A stretch of 64,000 bases of DNA from Schmidtea polychroa (Eukaryota), in contig CM097888.1 of NCBI GenBank assembly GCA_044892525.1, positions 34,844,001 to 34,908,000 of the forward strand, in the 5' to 3' direction. The stretch's first letter is position 1. The number at the start of each line of letters is the position of its first letter. A program made the translations under genes and the position numbers. Under the pieces are notes generated by a model. That model made no database searches and was not told where the DNA came from. It saw nothing but the letters and a program-made list of their open reading frames with translations. This document shows, piece after piece, positions 11,737-24,789 of the stretch.

Positions 11737-11955
11737 GTCACAATTGAAATTCTCCAACTCCTTTTTAATTTTTTTCCATCGAATTTGCCAGACAAGATAT
11801 TTCTCATCGCAATTTGGATAAAGATGTTTGTAATGATCCAAATGGCATTGAGCTAAAATATTGTAAGAACCGATTGAAATTGATAACGACTCATTTGTAC
11901 ATTTTGATAAATTTTTGTTTATAATATAATCTCGATTTTTCAAATATTCTGACAT
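11737..11955 (-). CDS. angel: Angel copy 2, first coding exon (MSEYLKN...SYNILAQ...NFNCD)
   Basis: ATG at 11955, SYNILAQ motif, GT donor at 11736. The DNA is nearly identical to window nt 1-80 over the first shared codons. An additional upstream exon cannot be excluded. Confidence 0.85.
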
Positions 11956-13567
11956 TTTCTAAAAAATTTGATTTTTGTATAATTTTGTAATTCCAAAAAC
12001 AGAAAAATGACAATGATGCAAAAGTTTTTACAATTATATGTGCAAATTTTGTTTGTATCAGGAAGTTAAAGATAAGAATCATTAGGTAAAATCTTGAGTA
12101 ATTCAAGATAAAAAAATAACGTGAAGCCCATTCTATAAATCTTAGAATGGTAAAATATTTTTAATTTTATTTATTCAACTTTCAATTTGATTTATTATTT
12201 AGACTAAAGGTAATTAAATGGTGACGCAATTCCTGATAACTTAAATTTTTTAAGTGTTTTCATTTCAAAACTTTTATAACGATGAAATTTTTAGACAACT
12301 ACTTTAAAAATCGCAATATTATTAAGTTTTCTTTTTATTCTTAAATTGTAAATCTAAACACTTGTGATACTGTAATCACATTTGTGCCTTCTGGTCTTAT
12401 GAAGTTTTAAAAATAATTAGTTATTGTAAAAAAAATATTTAATATGTGATTTAAAGCTATGAAATTTTCCCTTTCAACAAAATTAGTAATTTCCTCGTAG
12501 AGCAAAAGTACATTTTTGTGCTCCCACAGCAATTAAGTTTGAAGATTAAATATATAAATTCTTGAATCTTTGCTTATGCTTTATTCTAGTGGTTATTTTT
12601 TTTAAGTCATAGTCAACACTTAAGTTTTCTTTTCTGTTATTTACTTTAAAAATGAAATTTAATTTATTTAAATAAAAATACCCTCAAGTTATTGCGATTG
12701 ATGCTCTGATAAAATAATTTAATTGACAACCATCAGAAAATGTGTTTATTTTACACGTCATAAAAGCCATAAGATAAGGTAATTTTATCTAGAAAAGCAT
12801 TAATAAATAAAATTCTAAATTTGATCCACTTGAAAAGTTAGTAATAAAGGAAATCACTATTTTAGGCTATGATATAAATTGTAAATTACCTAAAATTAAA
12901 TATGCAAAAGAAACCTCATAAGTTTGATAAAATAACAAAAAGAAAAGGTAAATAAAAAATTAAAAGCTTTTAATCAATGTTTTTATTGTTTTTTAATTAT
13001 TGTGTAATTATTATAAATTTATTATCAATATGTTGCACACACCAATACCGAATGCTGATTGATCAATATCGAGTGGTGTAAATCAGATTGCTGCAATCAA
13101 ATAAAGGCGCACAGTGAACGTTGTAACCTATAATATAAATCAATATATTTCTTAAGAGAAAAGTTGTTAGAATTGTTTTCATTGGGCCATATAAAAAATT
13201 TATAAAAATTATTTACATTTTTATTGTAATAATTATAAATCACATTAATCACTAGAAGTCAAAAATAAAACAACCATTAAAAATATATTCAAGAACTGAT
13301 GAGATCATGGGACTTTGCTAACGTATTGAGACCTGACAACTCATAAATAAGTAATAAGTCACAGGTGTCTTTTTTCCAGATTTAAACACTTCTGATATTT
13401 CATTAATTTTTATTATGTCTCCACATTAAAGTGACAATATGTTTCGGATTTGAGTTGTTTATATATCACTGAGATCTGTGACACATGTGAATCTTAACAT
13501 TTTCAAAAAGGAAGAAAGCAGAGGAAAAAATAAAGTGTTTTTTTCTTCTTCCTTCTGTTCCTTCTTT

Positions 13568-14703
13568 TCTCTGCAATAGACCATTGAAATAATTTTTTAA
13601 CATATGACCCTATATTTATCCTTCCCTACCTTGTAATACTTCAATCTCAAAATCTTTAGTGTTCGCACATCTTTTAACGCATCAATTGTCTTTGCATCTT
13701 GTCTAAAATGAAGTTGGGGTTACAATTTCAAGACAGCGGATCATTAGTTCAGTAATCATTTCAGAAATAATGAATATAGATTATTATTGTGGCCAAACCT
13801 TGATACGTTGATTGCACAGACAAGCCAAGACAAATGTGAAAATGTATACTTTCAACAAGATAGCACGAAAGCACATCCAGGTCGTTATCTGATATGTTTA
13901 TTGGATGAAATCTTCATGTGTCATGTAATTTTGAACTCAAACTTCACTTTTTATCAACTTGGTACCACGAATTCCATCAACAAAAAATAGAAAAATTTAA
14001 AATTAAAATCATATATAACTTTAATATAATTTTTACTTACCTTATTTTTTACTATTAATATTTCTCCTTAAAATATAATAATATGAGTACGATTAAAACT
14101 GTTATATACCTTATCATTGACCGAATATGTTAAAGTTTTTTCTCTTTATTTTCACAATAGATATAAATTAAACACAGATTTTTGGTACAGTTCTTTATCA
14201 AGTGTTATTAACTGTCTATTTATATATTAAATTTATTGGTTTATATCCTTGTGCAAATAAAGAGAAAAGAAATGCAAATTTTAACACTTGATCTGATGTT
14301 ATAAATGTTTACTGAATAATTTCTTTATTATGGCAGCAAATACCATTACAAGATATTATGGTGTTATAAAGGTAATAATTGTAATAATTATGATAAAAAT
14401 TCCAAGTTATAAATTATATTAAAATAATATCATTAGCAATAAATATTTTTCAAATATAATTGTAATTTTTTAATGAATATTTTATAACTATTTTTCAGTT
14501 TCAATAAATAATTTTCTGTTTAATTAATACTGTTAATTAATACTGTCTTAAAAATTATAAATTAATTAGTTTTTTCCACAAGATCTTAAAACATACCTAA
14601 CTGAATCATTGCCGGTTCAATGTCAGAGGAGAAATATGCAATGTCAACTTCTTGTAGGCAATAAATCTAAACAAAAAATACATCAATTTCTCCTCATAAA
14701 GTT
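13568..14703. repeat. Segmental duplication, copy b, carrying an orphan Angel exon 2 (14597-14666, minus strand)
   Basis: Begins TCTCTGCAATAGACC as at 10303 and ends CATAAAGTT as at 11728. The exon reads IYCLQEVDIAYFSSDIEPAMIQLG. Confidence 0.92.
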
Positions 14704-15841
14704 TCATCATATTTTAGAGTCCCTCTAAATGCATCTATTATCTTATTTTGAAAACTTTTGATTGTGATATTTAACTGATCCTTTTGGTTGTTTTAACAAT
14801 TTTTCCTGTGCACGATCGTATTTGCTGATAAGGCGGATTATAGTTATGAAATTATAACTAAAATCTTTCTCTTTGTGTGTTTTAAATGAAACTTTTATTG
14901 TTCCTAGAGTTAAATCTTTTTACAAATTTCACCACTGATTTCTTTTCAATTGACATTGTATTTAAGAAAAAGCTTGAGTCAAGCAGTCAAGCTTTTTAAT
15001 AAATACAATGGCTAGAGTTAAAGATACAATAGTACTACTATTTCCAATACACCAATTCCTCGCCCTGCGTCCATAATTAGTTCTGCCAAAATGATATGCA
15101 AATTGAAGCAGCATTTATTCATGTATTTTTCATGTGAAATGGTATTTGGATTTCACTGTCATAGTTTTATTTTAATTGTTTATCAAGATCTCCTAAAAAT
15201 TTTAAAACTAAGAATAAAATTTGGGGAGTTTCATACGAATATTGTCTAAGATGTAAAACAACCAATCGGTTTTCCCAGTCATTCTTGGAAGAAGAAAAAG
15301 TGAAGCCACTGACTGATTAGACCGGATTTATTTTAACTGAAAATGATTAGCTTATTGTAAAGCACTTCTTTGTTTCGATTTCTAGAAGAGTGATTGGTGC
15401 TGCATCAATTCAACAATTTTTTGTTAATGAGACCTTTTGATCTGGTCTTAATATTATTATCTATTTGAAAACGATTGTGATTTGAGCTGCGGTCTGAAAA
15501 GAATCATGAAATTTCAACATGAAGCAATGCTTGACCAATAAAAAGCTTATTTTGTTTATATTTTCCACTCAGAAGAATACCGGTCCAGAATGAGAAAGGT
15601 GCCATTAACGTTTTTAAATAAATATTTACAGAAAATTTAAAAGTTAAATGTAAAAGATACAATAGGAAAGGGATTTTGTAACACCATATCCCAAGAACTG
15701 AGAATTCACACTAAGTAAAAAGGATTTAGGTACGTCGTTGATTATAAATAACATTATTTCACAAAACACTAAATAAATGTTCGAATTTGCAGTATGCCAA
15801 TTCTTAATTATAAAATATAATTTAATAACATAATATTTTTC

Positions 15842-16264
15842 TTGAAGGGTTTTCTAACATATAGTGCTATAGTGTTCATCAATAATTTAATAAAGTTCAT
15901 TATATTTATGAATATTTCTTTAAAATGCGTTTTGTTTAAATTAATGAAGAAAGTTATATCACTTCCAAATTTAATATTCTATAAAGAACAAATTGTACGT
16001 CGCATCCACGTGACATATTTTGTGGTTATACAGAAAATACGAATCCATAATTTACTGGAAATGGATAGAATTGGATGTGTCGATTTGTCCCTTGGTTCAG
16101 ACTGTATGTCACTAATATGTATATGTGCTTTCATCGACAGTGTACGCATGTTTCTCCTTAAAACCGAATGTGGAAATGAGGAATTCTTTGATAGAAAGAA
16201 CCGTAGGGAAATAATTTCCAATCTTTTGATAACTAGACAAAAAGTTATTTTTCTAGCAGATTAA
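15842..16264 (+). CDS. Possible orphan ORF (strand and frame uncertain)
   Basis: Locally GC-richer segment with a 140-codon open + frame and an 80-codon open - frame; no recognisable motif. Confidence 0.25.
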   Translation: MKGFLTYSAIVFINNLIKFIIFMNISLKCVLFKLMKKVISLPNLIFYKEQIVRRIHVTYFVVIQKIRIHNLLEMDRIGCVDLSLGSDCMSLICICAFIDSVRMFLLKTECGNEEFFDRKNRREIISNLLITRQKVIFLAD

Positions 16265-16393
16265 ATATACAAAAAGTAAATTATTATAAAATTCAAATTT
16301 CTTTTATGTTCAGTTACAAACTTAATTTTAAAATTATTACGAAATTGAGTTTGAACTGTTTAATAATTTAAAGTATAATATTTATTTGAGAGT

Positions 16394-17041
16394 TTAAGGT
16401 TTTTTCTCAGCGGAGTAATTGTATGTAAAATCACGTTCTACTATTGAAAGTTTTCTCTCCATTTGATAAGGGCAATTGCTATCAGCCGAGTGTGAATGTT
16501 TCTTCCTCCATTCTGCTTCCTTGGATTCTAAGTGCGACAACAATGTATATTCATAAGAAGGGAATGAGAATCCATCCAAATCTTTAATTAAACTAGGACG
16601 TTTCATTGCCTTTGTAATTTTATCTTCGTACTCATTTGATGAACTCTCAACTGATGATCTTGATTTACCATATGCAATAATTGCTCTATAAGGACCACTT
16701 CCTTTGAAACAAAAGCTATCAGAAACCGCAAAATGTACTCCGCGTTTTCTGCCGGCAGACGCAAGAGATCTATTAGAATTCATTTTTCTTGGAGCAATCC
16801 GTTTAAATATTTCATAAAGATGTTTTGTATTTTCCATTCGTCTAAAGGAACACCAGTCCATAAATTGTTCTTTGTCCATATTATACATATCTAGTTCGTA
16901 GAGACTCATAAAATGCAGTCGGATAAGATCACAATCTAAAACATATATTATGCGATACCACATAGACGCAAGAGAATCATAATAAGTTCCGACCGGATAT
17001 TTCTTGTGCAGAGACAAGTCGTAAACAGCATTGAAAACCAT
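16394..17041 (-). CDS. Hypothetical 215-aa single-exon protein
   Basis: Uninterrupted 216-codon ORF with clearly raised GC in a very AT-rich background; ATG preceded by an in-frame TGA; no family recognised. Confidence 0.65.
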   Translation of the reverse strand: MVFNAVYDLSLHKKYPVGTYYDSLASMWYRIIYVLDCDLIRLHFMSLYELDMYNMDKEQFMDWCSFRRMENTKHLYEIFKRIAPRKMNSNRSLASAGRKRGVHFAVSDSFCFKGSGPYRAIIAYGKSRSSVESSSNEYEDKITKAMKRPSLIKDLDGFSFPSYEYTLLSHLESKEAEWRKKHSHSADSNCPYQMERKLSIVERDFTYNYSAEKKP

Positions 17042-18278
17042 TTTTCAGAATTAATGTAAATCTGACAGAAATAAAGCGCGATCTTTATCAACTAAATATT
17101 AGAATCATTATTATTAATGGATTAATTATACATAAAAGAAATCTTTTATTAACAAACCTTTAGAAAACTAATTTTTTCTCAAGGCGTTTACTCAGAACTA
17201 TAAAATGGAAAGTATTAAATGTCGCAGTTATCTTTGAACGAATGTATCAAAATATTAGAGGAATATAAATATTTTTAAATATTTTTAAGCTACAAGTTTA
17301 TCCCGCATAGATTACATACTTAACATACTAAAAAAATATATCTATTACTTTATTTTTTGTTTGTTTTAACATTTCATTTAATTTCTTTACATCTGTAAAG
17401 TGAAAAATAAGTGCAAATTTTTAAACAAACATAAGTAAAACTTAAAATGTTAAATTAAGAGACAAACTAATTAATTAATTAAAATTAATATATTTCTGAT
17501 GAAAGTAAGAGTCAATAGAAAAAAGATTAAATACTAAGTGAGTATCTTCTTTGTTACTCACATAAAGACATCTTTGTTATTTTTGCACGTGACATGACTG
17601 GAATATAATAATAATAATATTTATGTGAATAATAATAAAATTAATTAATAATAATTATAATAATAATAATAAACTTGTGACAAAATAATAAAACAAAACA
17701 TTTAATTGGGAGTAGTTTCGAATAAAATTCATAGGGCAATTCTTTGTGAGTATTTTAGGAACTAATTTATATTGAGGAAAACATTCATACAGATTTCTGC
17801 GAAATATCATTATTTAATAAATTCTTAGGAAATTTAGCAAGAAACATGTTCATTTCACATTCAACAAATTCAATTTATGCATGATAGAAAAACATGATTA
17901 TTTTAGAAATCAATTCATAGGTATATTAAAAACAAGATTATTTAAGGTATCATTCAGTAAAATATTTAGTTAATTTATGAATATCAGTATTTTGATATAT
18001 ACAACAAATTAATCAATAAAGATAATAAGTTCTTTTATATACTCAGAGTTTATCCGCAAGATATTTTGTCCCATGTGGGTAATGGTCACACTCAACATGT
18101 TACAAGGGTACTGGTCGCAAGGATATATTAGTTAGAAATTCTAAGTGAGATGCTCATATTTATCAGAAATTCATGAATTTTTTAAATGTAACTTACCGAA
18201 TTCTTATTTCGAGCGACTAATTTATTGGTTAACTTTTTCATTTGGCAAAAGGTAATTTTTTCATCTAATGTTCGTTAC

Positions 18279-21200
18279 CATAATTGCATAATTAAATTTG
18301 TTTTGATATGCACATATTGAGATAAAAATAGAATTTAAAAAACGTTATTTCATTGTGTCAATAAAACTACAAGCTATCGCGGCCATATCATGGACAAGAT
18401 GATACCTATTTTCAATGGAGAAGGTGACGTTCAACAGTGGATTCAGAAAGTGAAGCTAGTGGTAAAAATTCAAAAAATCGTGGAGTTGAATCAATAATTA
18501 CTTTATATCTAGATGGACCAGCTTTTGCAGTATATCAGCATTTGAGTGCGGAAGACAAACGCAACGCATTGAAGATCGAACATGCCTTAATCGATGTCTA
18601 TTTGATAAATATGTTCCAAGCATATGACCGATTCCGTGAACGAAAGTGGAGCAATGAGCCAGTAGATGTTTATTTGAATGATCTCAAAAACTTAGCATCT
18701 CTGGCCAAGATAGATAACGAGATCATAATTAAAAGCGCATTCATCATGGGTTTGCCAGCTGTGTCGTCATAACAGTTACGATGCAATGCAAATATTCAGT
18801 AGATATCTCTTGTTGGGGTCTTGAAACAGTCTCGTGTCTTTGTAAACTGTGACAGTATGGAACTGTGTTTGGCTGTCGTGGGATAACAAGAAAAGCAAAA
18901 GAAATGCTCGTATTGTGGAAAGAATAGCCATCTGGAAGAATGTTGTTTCAATAAACAAGGAATGAAGTGTTTGCTATGTGCAGAAGAGGGCCACATTGCA
19001 AAGGAGTGTACCAGGAATTCAGAGTCGGGAAATGCCAAAGGAATAGCGCGTGCACCAGCGTCTACTCTAGCACGAATATAATGGCGCTGCAGTTTATTTC
19101 AGTCATAATCAATGTGGAGTCCGTGAAAGCATTGATCGACTCGGGATGTTCCAAATCAGTTGTGTCAGCCAGAATTGCGAAGAAACGATTTATACGGTAT
19201 TGCAAACGTATCATACGTGGCTGAAAATCATTTAAATGAGAATTTGCGAATTGAAGATGGTGATTTTTCGGCAGCATTCAGAGAGGGCAAGTAGACCGTG
19301 AAGTAGAAATGGAACGCAGAACCAGCTGTACTATTGAAAATAATTTCAAATTATAAAATCGATCCAGGGCTGCAGCACAAGTTTGACACGGAGGTTGATA
19401 GGTGGATTCAAGATGGATGGCTAATTCCAACGAAAGACGTCGTGTATGGAAAAATTCCGTTATTGGCAGTAGAACAAATAAACAAAGGAAAAGTTCGTCC
19501 AGTAATGGATTTTCGAGAACTAAATAAATATGTTAGTAGCCATACTGGACAAAGTGATGTATGTGGCGAATCATTAAGGCGATGGCGAATGATGGGCGAA
19601 TGATGTTAATTGATCTTAAAAATGCTTATATTCAGATACATGTTGATGAAGGCCTATGGGAGTACCAAAGGGTTAGTTACAAAGGGAACGGATACTTTCT
19701 AACGAGACTTGGTTTTGGTTTAAATGTGGCTTCGAAAATAATGTTAACAATATTACGGAAGGTACAATATTACGGAAAGAGAAGATTTCAGGAAAGAAAA
19801 CGGATAGTTATATTGATAACATTATTGTCAACCAGGTAAGAATAAACGTCAATGAAGTAATAAGCCATTTATCAGCATACGGGCTAATTACAAAACCACC
19901 GGAAGAGTTTGATGATGCAAGAATGCTAGGTCTTCAGCTTCAAACAAGTATTAACGGTCGTACGTGGAATCGTGGAAACATTTTGCCACACAGTGCGTTT
20001 ACAACTATGTCAAGAAGAGAGTTATTTTCCCTCTGCGGTCAACTCGTTGGGCACTATCCCGTTGCTGGATGGTTAAGAGTAGCAAGTAGCTATATAAAAC
20101 GACACAGTGCTGGAAGTAAGTGGGATGATACGATTGGAAACATTGCGTTAAAATGGTTAACGAAATGATGTATCGTGTGAAAGAGAGCGATCCCGTGACT
20201 GATGGCGGCACGTAAACAAGGACGAATCTACGATTGTCTGGTGCGATGCGAGCAATCTGGCATTAGAAGTTGCATTAGAAATATCAGGAAAAATTGTCGA
20301 AGATGCATCATGGATGAGGAAGAAAAACGATTTTGCTCATATAAACCTTGCAGAGTTAGACGCTGTGATAAAGGGAATTAACTTAGCCATCATCTGGGAA
20401 AGAAGCAACTTAGTTGTAGTAACAGATTCCGCTACTGTCAGGAGTTGGATAGATTCAGTTTTAACGGATACTGTCAGAATCTGAACTCATGGAATTGCTG
20501 AGATGCTAGTCCGAAGAAGTCTGCAGATCATTTGTGAATTACGAAAAAGCTATGACTTAACGATCTCGGTTGAGTTTGTCCCGACAGATAAAAACAAAGC
20601 AGATGCACTCACAAGAGTCAGTAATAAATGGCTGACATGGGTTAAATCGTGTGTCGAACCAGCTGCAAGCACCGTTGCTGTTGTGAGCCAAGTGTTACGA
20701 GAAAGTCATAGACAGCGCCATTTCGGGGCCAAGAAGACGTATTTTGCAAAGCAACTTTGCCCGGACGTTACACTTGAGGATGTAAAGGTTATAATTAGTG
20801 AATGTTCAGAATGTCAATCTATCGATCCCGCGCCTGTAAAATGGGAGCATGGAGAGTTAAGCGTTAAGGAGACTTGGAAGAGACTGGCTATGGATGTTAC
20901 ACACTATCTAAGTAAACTTTATTTAACTATGATTGATTGTGGACCAGGTCGCTTTGCTCTGTGGAGAGAATTAAGAGGTGAAGACGTGGAGACCATTACA
21001 TGGAATCTTGAACAGATCTTTAAAGGTCGAGGTTTCCCTGCTGAGCTGGTGATTGATAATGCGGCATCATTTCGATCGACACAAATGAAAGTACTGTGTC
21101 GCAAACGGGGTGTGAAATGTGTGTTTCGACGTGCGTATCGGCCATCAGGAAACGGCATAATAGAACGGAACCATCGTACAATTAAACGCATGGCAGCAAG

Positions 21201-21693
21201 AACCAACAAGGAAATATTGGAAATGGTATATTGTTATAATCTAGCATCCAATGACAAGTGCGGAACGCCGCCGTCTTCATCCGTATTTTCATATTGCTGA
21301 AAAGGAGATGGCACTTGTTATACAGAAGAGAAGACACAGGACAGGTCGTTCCAAGTTGGCGATGCAGTTTACGTTAAACCACCAAACGCGAAGTGCACAT
21401 CAACATGGCGTGGAGGAATTGTAACGAAGGTAAATTCATAGACTAACTTCGACATCAACGGGATTCCGCGACACTATTCCTACATACGACCGGCTGTCAA
21501 CGAAGCATCAGTGGAGAAATGCAGGACAAAAGGACCTCGATATCTTGATGATTTTGAAACCAGTTTTATCGAGAACGAAGATGAAAATCAAGCGGAGATA
21601 TAATTGCATAATTAAAATTGTTTCAATATGCACATATTGTGATAAAATAGAATTTAAAAAACGTTGTGATTTCATTGTGTCAATAAAACTACA
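18279..21693 (+). mobile_element. Compact Ty3/gypsy LTR retrotransposon, degenerate
   Basis: LTRs at 18279-18371 and 21599-21693, both ending ACTACA; 5-bp TSD GTTAC at 18274-78 and 21694-98. Gag from ATG 18390 with two CCHC knuckles, protease LIDSG, RT (VRPVMDFRELN, IDLKNAY, YIDN), RNase H (WCDAS) and integrase, broken by frameshifts and stops. Confidence 0.93.
20503..21300 (+). pseudogene. Gypsy RNase H end / integrase ORF fragment
   Basis: HRQRHFG...CSECQ zinc-binding region; LAMDVTH, IDNAASF and GNGIIERNHRTIK DDE core. Confidence 0.85.
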
Positions 21694-22100
21694 GTTACAA
21701 TAGTTAATATAACTTTATAAGAAATATCTGGTCATTAATAACAACATTCATTGATAATTCTTTATCATTTGGAGTAAAAATCTTTGTTCGATACAAAAAG
21801 GAGTCATAATATGATCATTTGGTTACCAATTAAGGTGCTTATTAGTTAGAATTCTAATTTATTATCATTGGGAGATATCTTTGTGAGAATAGATGTTATA
21901 TAGGTTAAGATTTTTGAGCAACTTTTACCAAAACATGGATATTTTGTGCGAAGAATATTGGTTAAGTTTCTCATTTAAAATAATATTTTCAGACAATATT
22001 TAATGAATTCATTGGTTAATTTATATCTTTGTGAAAAAATACATGATCATTTATTAACAATTCATTAATAATTTTGGTATAAATTCTTTATCATTTGAAG

Positions 22101-24459
22101 CAGGCGCGTAGCCAGGGGGGTGCAAGGGTGCATTTGCACCATTTCTTCCAGACGAAATAATTGAAATGCTAGGTTTTTTTTGTCCGAATAATTGTCTCAT
22201 GAGACATTTAATTGAGCCAAGAGGCTTCTATTAATTGAATATCGAAGATTGTCCTAATGGAATGACCCAATAAATTTTTCAAGGGACGATACAGTGTAAT
22301 TAAACAATATTATAGTTAGTGCTCGATAAAATTAGTTTCATATTTCGTAAAGTTGCAGTAAATAGCAACTATATTTTATGTCTTTACTTGCATTGAATTT
22401 TAATTTTTAATCGATTTGCAGCCATGAAAAAACATCATCAGAGTTCGCTTTCCAAATTTTTTGCTAAGACATTAAAAGTTGATACGGAGGAAAACGATTC
22501 CGATCAAAACTTCGAGTTACCGGTGGCCGAAAAAGGAGGGGGGTCTGAACAAAAGGAGGAACGTAGCGCCTTTCAAAGCCAAGAAGCTGATATAGAGTCA
22601 TATCGGCGGTCACAATTAAATGACTCTGGAAAAATTGATGCTTTGGGCAAGCTTAAAAATCCTCCACCACACTTCAGTTTCCCGGCAGTAATGAAAGAGG
22701 CAACAAAGCGGAAATTAAGTTATCACTGGCTGTGTGAGTTTGATTGGCTGATTTACTCGGTTGCAGGAGATAGACTTTATTGCAAATTTTGCTTTTTCTT
22801 ATTACCAAAAGTGCCGTGAAACTTTCAGTGCTCATGCAAAAGCGCCATACCATTTACGATCAATTGAAACAGCAAATCCTCTCTATGTAGTCAACAAAAA
22901 CCCCGAAATAACAATTGAACGACTGTTGACGAGGCAGAAAGAAGTTGAAAGAAAGCAAAATTTGATTCTTTTGGAAGGAATGTTTGACACCATCAATTAT
23001 CTCGCTCGACAGTCATTGCCGTTCCGAGGGCATAGAGATTCTGGCGGGATATTTAACGACCAACAGGGCATCAACGACGTAAACTTCAGAAATCTGATTA
23101 GACTTCTTGCTTCGAGGGACGATTTTTTCCGGAATGCATTAGAAAGTTCGCCAAAAAATGCTACATACTTAAGTAGCACAATGCAGAACGAAATAATCGT
23201 TATAATTAATGAGATTGCTTTGACGAAGCTTCTTCAGAAAGTTATAAAGTTTGAATTTTTCTCTATTCTCGCCGACGAGTCATCGGATGTTTCCGGAATA
23301 GAACAAATGTCGATTGGACTCCGTTTTATCGACATTGATGCCGATAATATTGTTGAAGCATTTTTAATGCTCACGGATTTGTGTGATGTTACTGCCAAAG
23401 GACTTACTGACTCATTGTTAAGCGTGGCAAACACGATGAAGTTACGAATGGAAAAGTGTCGAGGAATTAGCTTAGACGGAGCAAGAGTGATGAGTGGAAG
23501 GAAATCAGGCGTTTCGGCAATGGTCCGGGAAAAATTTCCTCTGGTTACTTACGTACATTGTTTCAGTCATCGATTAAACTTGGTCATTGGAGAAAGCTGC
23601 AAAGTAAAGCAGATAACCCTGACCATTTTCAAACCTTATTCAAAGAAGCATCTGACGTAGAATCTTGCTTTGAAATTGAAATTTCATTGCTGAAAAATAA
23701 AGGAAGGCCAAGATTAGATGGAATAAATTATATATTAATTATATAAATTATATAAATTATATATTATAGTTGTCTGTTCATCCCGCTGTTGAATTCGGTA
23801 TGTCGAGAGCTCAAAGAAAAGTTTCGAGAAAACGCAGTGCTTGCAAATTTCAAAAATATAATGTTCAACCAGAGTGGCTGTTGAGCAGAGAAGTTCTGAA
23901 CAGTCTTATGCAACTTTACCATTTCAACGTGGAAGATTTGAACGGATCAGTGCAGATGTTTTTCGGAGAAGTTGAGATGTGGCAGAAAAGACTGGGAAAT
24001 GCAACAGTAAAACCACGGACTTCAATGGAACATTTAAAAGCTTGCCCTCAAGAAATGTTCCCAAACGTGTTCCGATTGCTGAAAATCTATAATGTGATTC
24101 CAATAACAACCGCTGACGTTGAACGCTCTTTCAGCAAAATGAAGCAACTTAAAACGGACGACAGAAATACAACAGGAGAGGAAAGACTCAACGGACTAAT
24201 GTTTCTGAGCATTCATCGTGACACGGAAGTTAATTTTGATGAATTTATATGCGAGTTCCGCAAAGAAAAACGACGACTTGACGTGTGAATTCCTATGATC
24301 AAGAATAAATGTTATTACCATGTTTAAATATACTTATCAAATTCATTCGAAATAGCTCTGGGGTTTTGAGGGCAAAACTTATTACGAATTTCTAGGACTT
24401 TTTTTAATAAAAAAAATATTTTGCACCCCCCCCCTCTGAAATTTTTGGCTACGCCACTG
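22101..24459 (+). mobile_element. hAT DNA transposon (ZMYM1/THAP12-like transposase), frameshifted
   Basis: TIR CAGGCGCGTAGCCA / TGGCTACGCCACTG; 8-bp TSD ATTTGAAG / ATTTGGAG. ORF pieces carry LARQSLPFRGH, SILADESSDVS, SLDGARVMSG, YVHCFSHRLNL and PITTADVERSFS. Confidence 0.92.
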
Positions 24460-24789
24460 ATTTGGAGTAATTTTAGTCCAATTTCTATCTTTGTTATTAT
24501 AGAAACATGATCATGTGATTAACATAAGTAATTTATATGAAGTAATATGATGAATTTGAGGTGAAATAAAGTTTTCAGTTAATTAATATATCAAATTAAT
24601 TTAAAATTGAGGATACACTGATGAAAATTCTAAACAAAGATATGCATCCACACCACATGAACATCACATAATAAAAACTCATTAATTTAAAATACTGCAA
24701 CGTAAAATACTACATAATAAATGATACAACATTAATATATTTTCCAAGACTAAAATTGATGAACTAGTGAATAGTATTAATATCATTTA

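Noticed and set aside
14597-14666. Mutually exclusive alternative exon 2 of Angel copy 2
   Set aside because: It lies upstream of the first coding exon on the minus strand, so it cannot substitute for exon 2 by normal cis-splicing.
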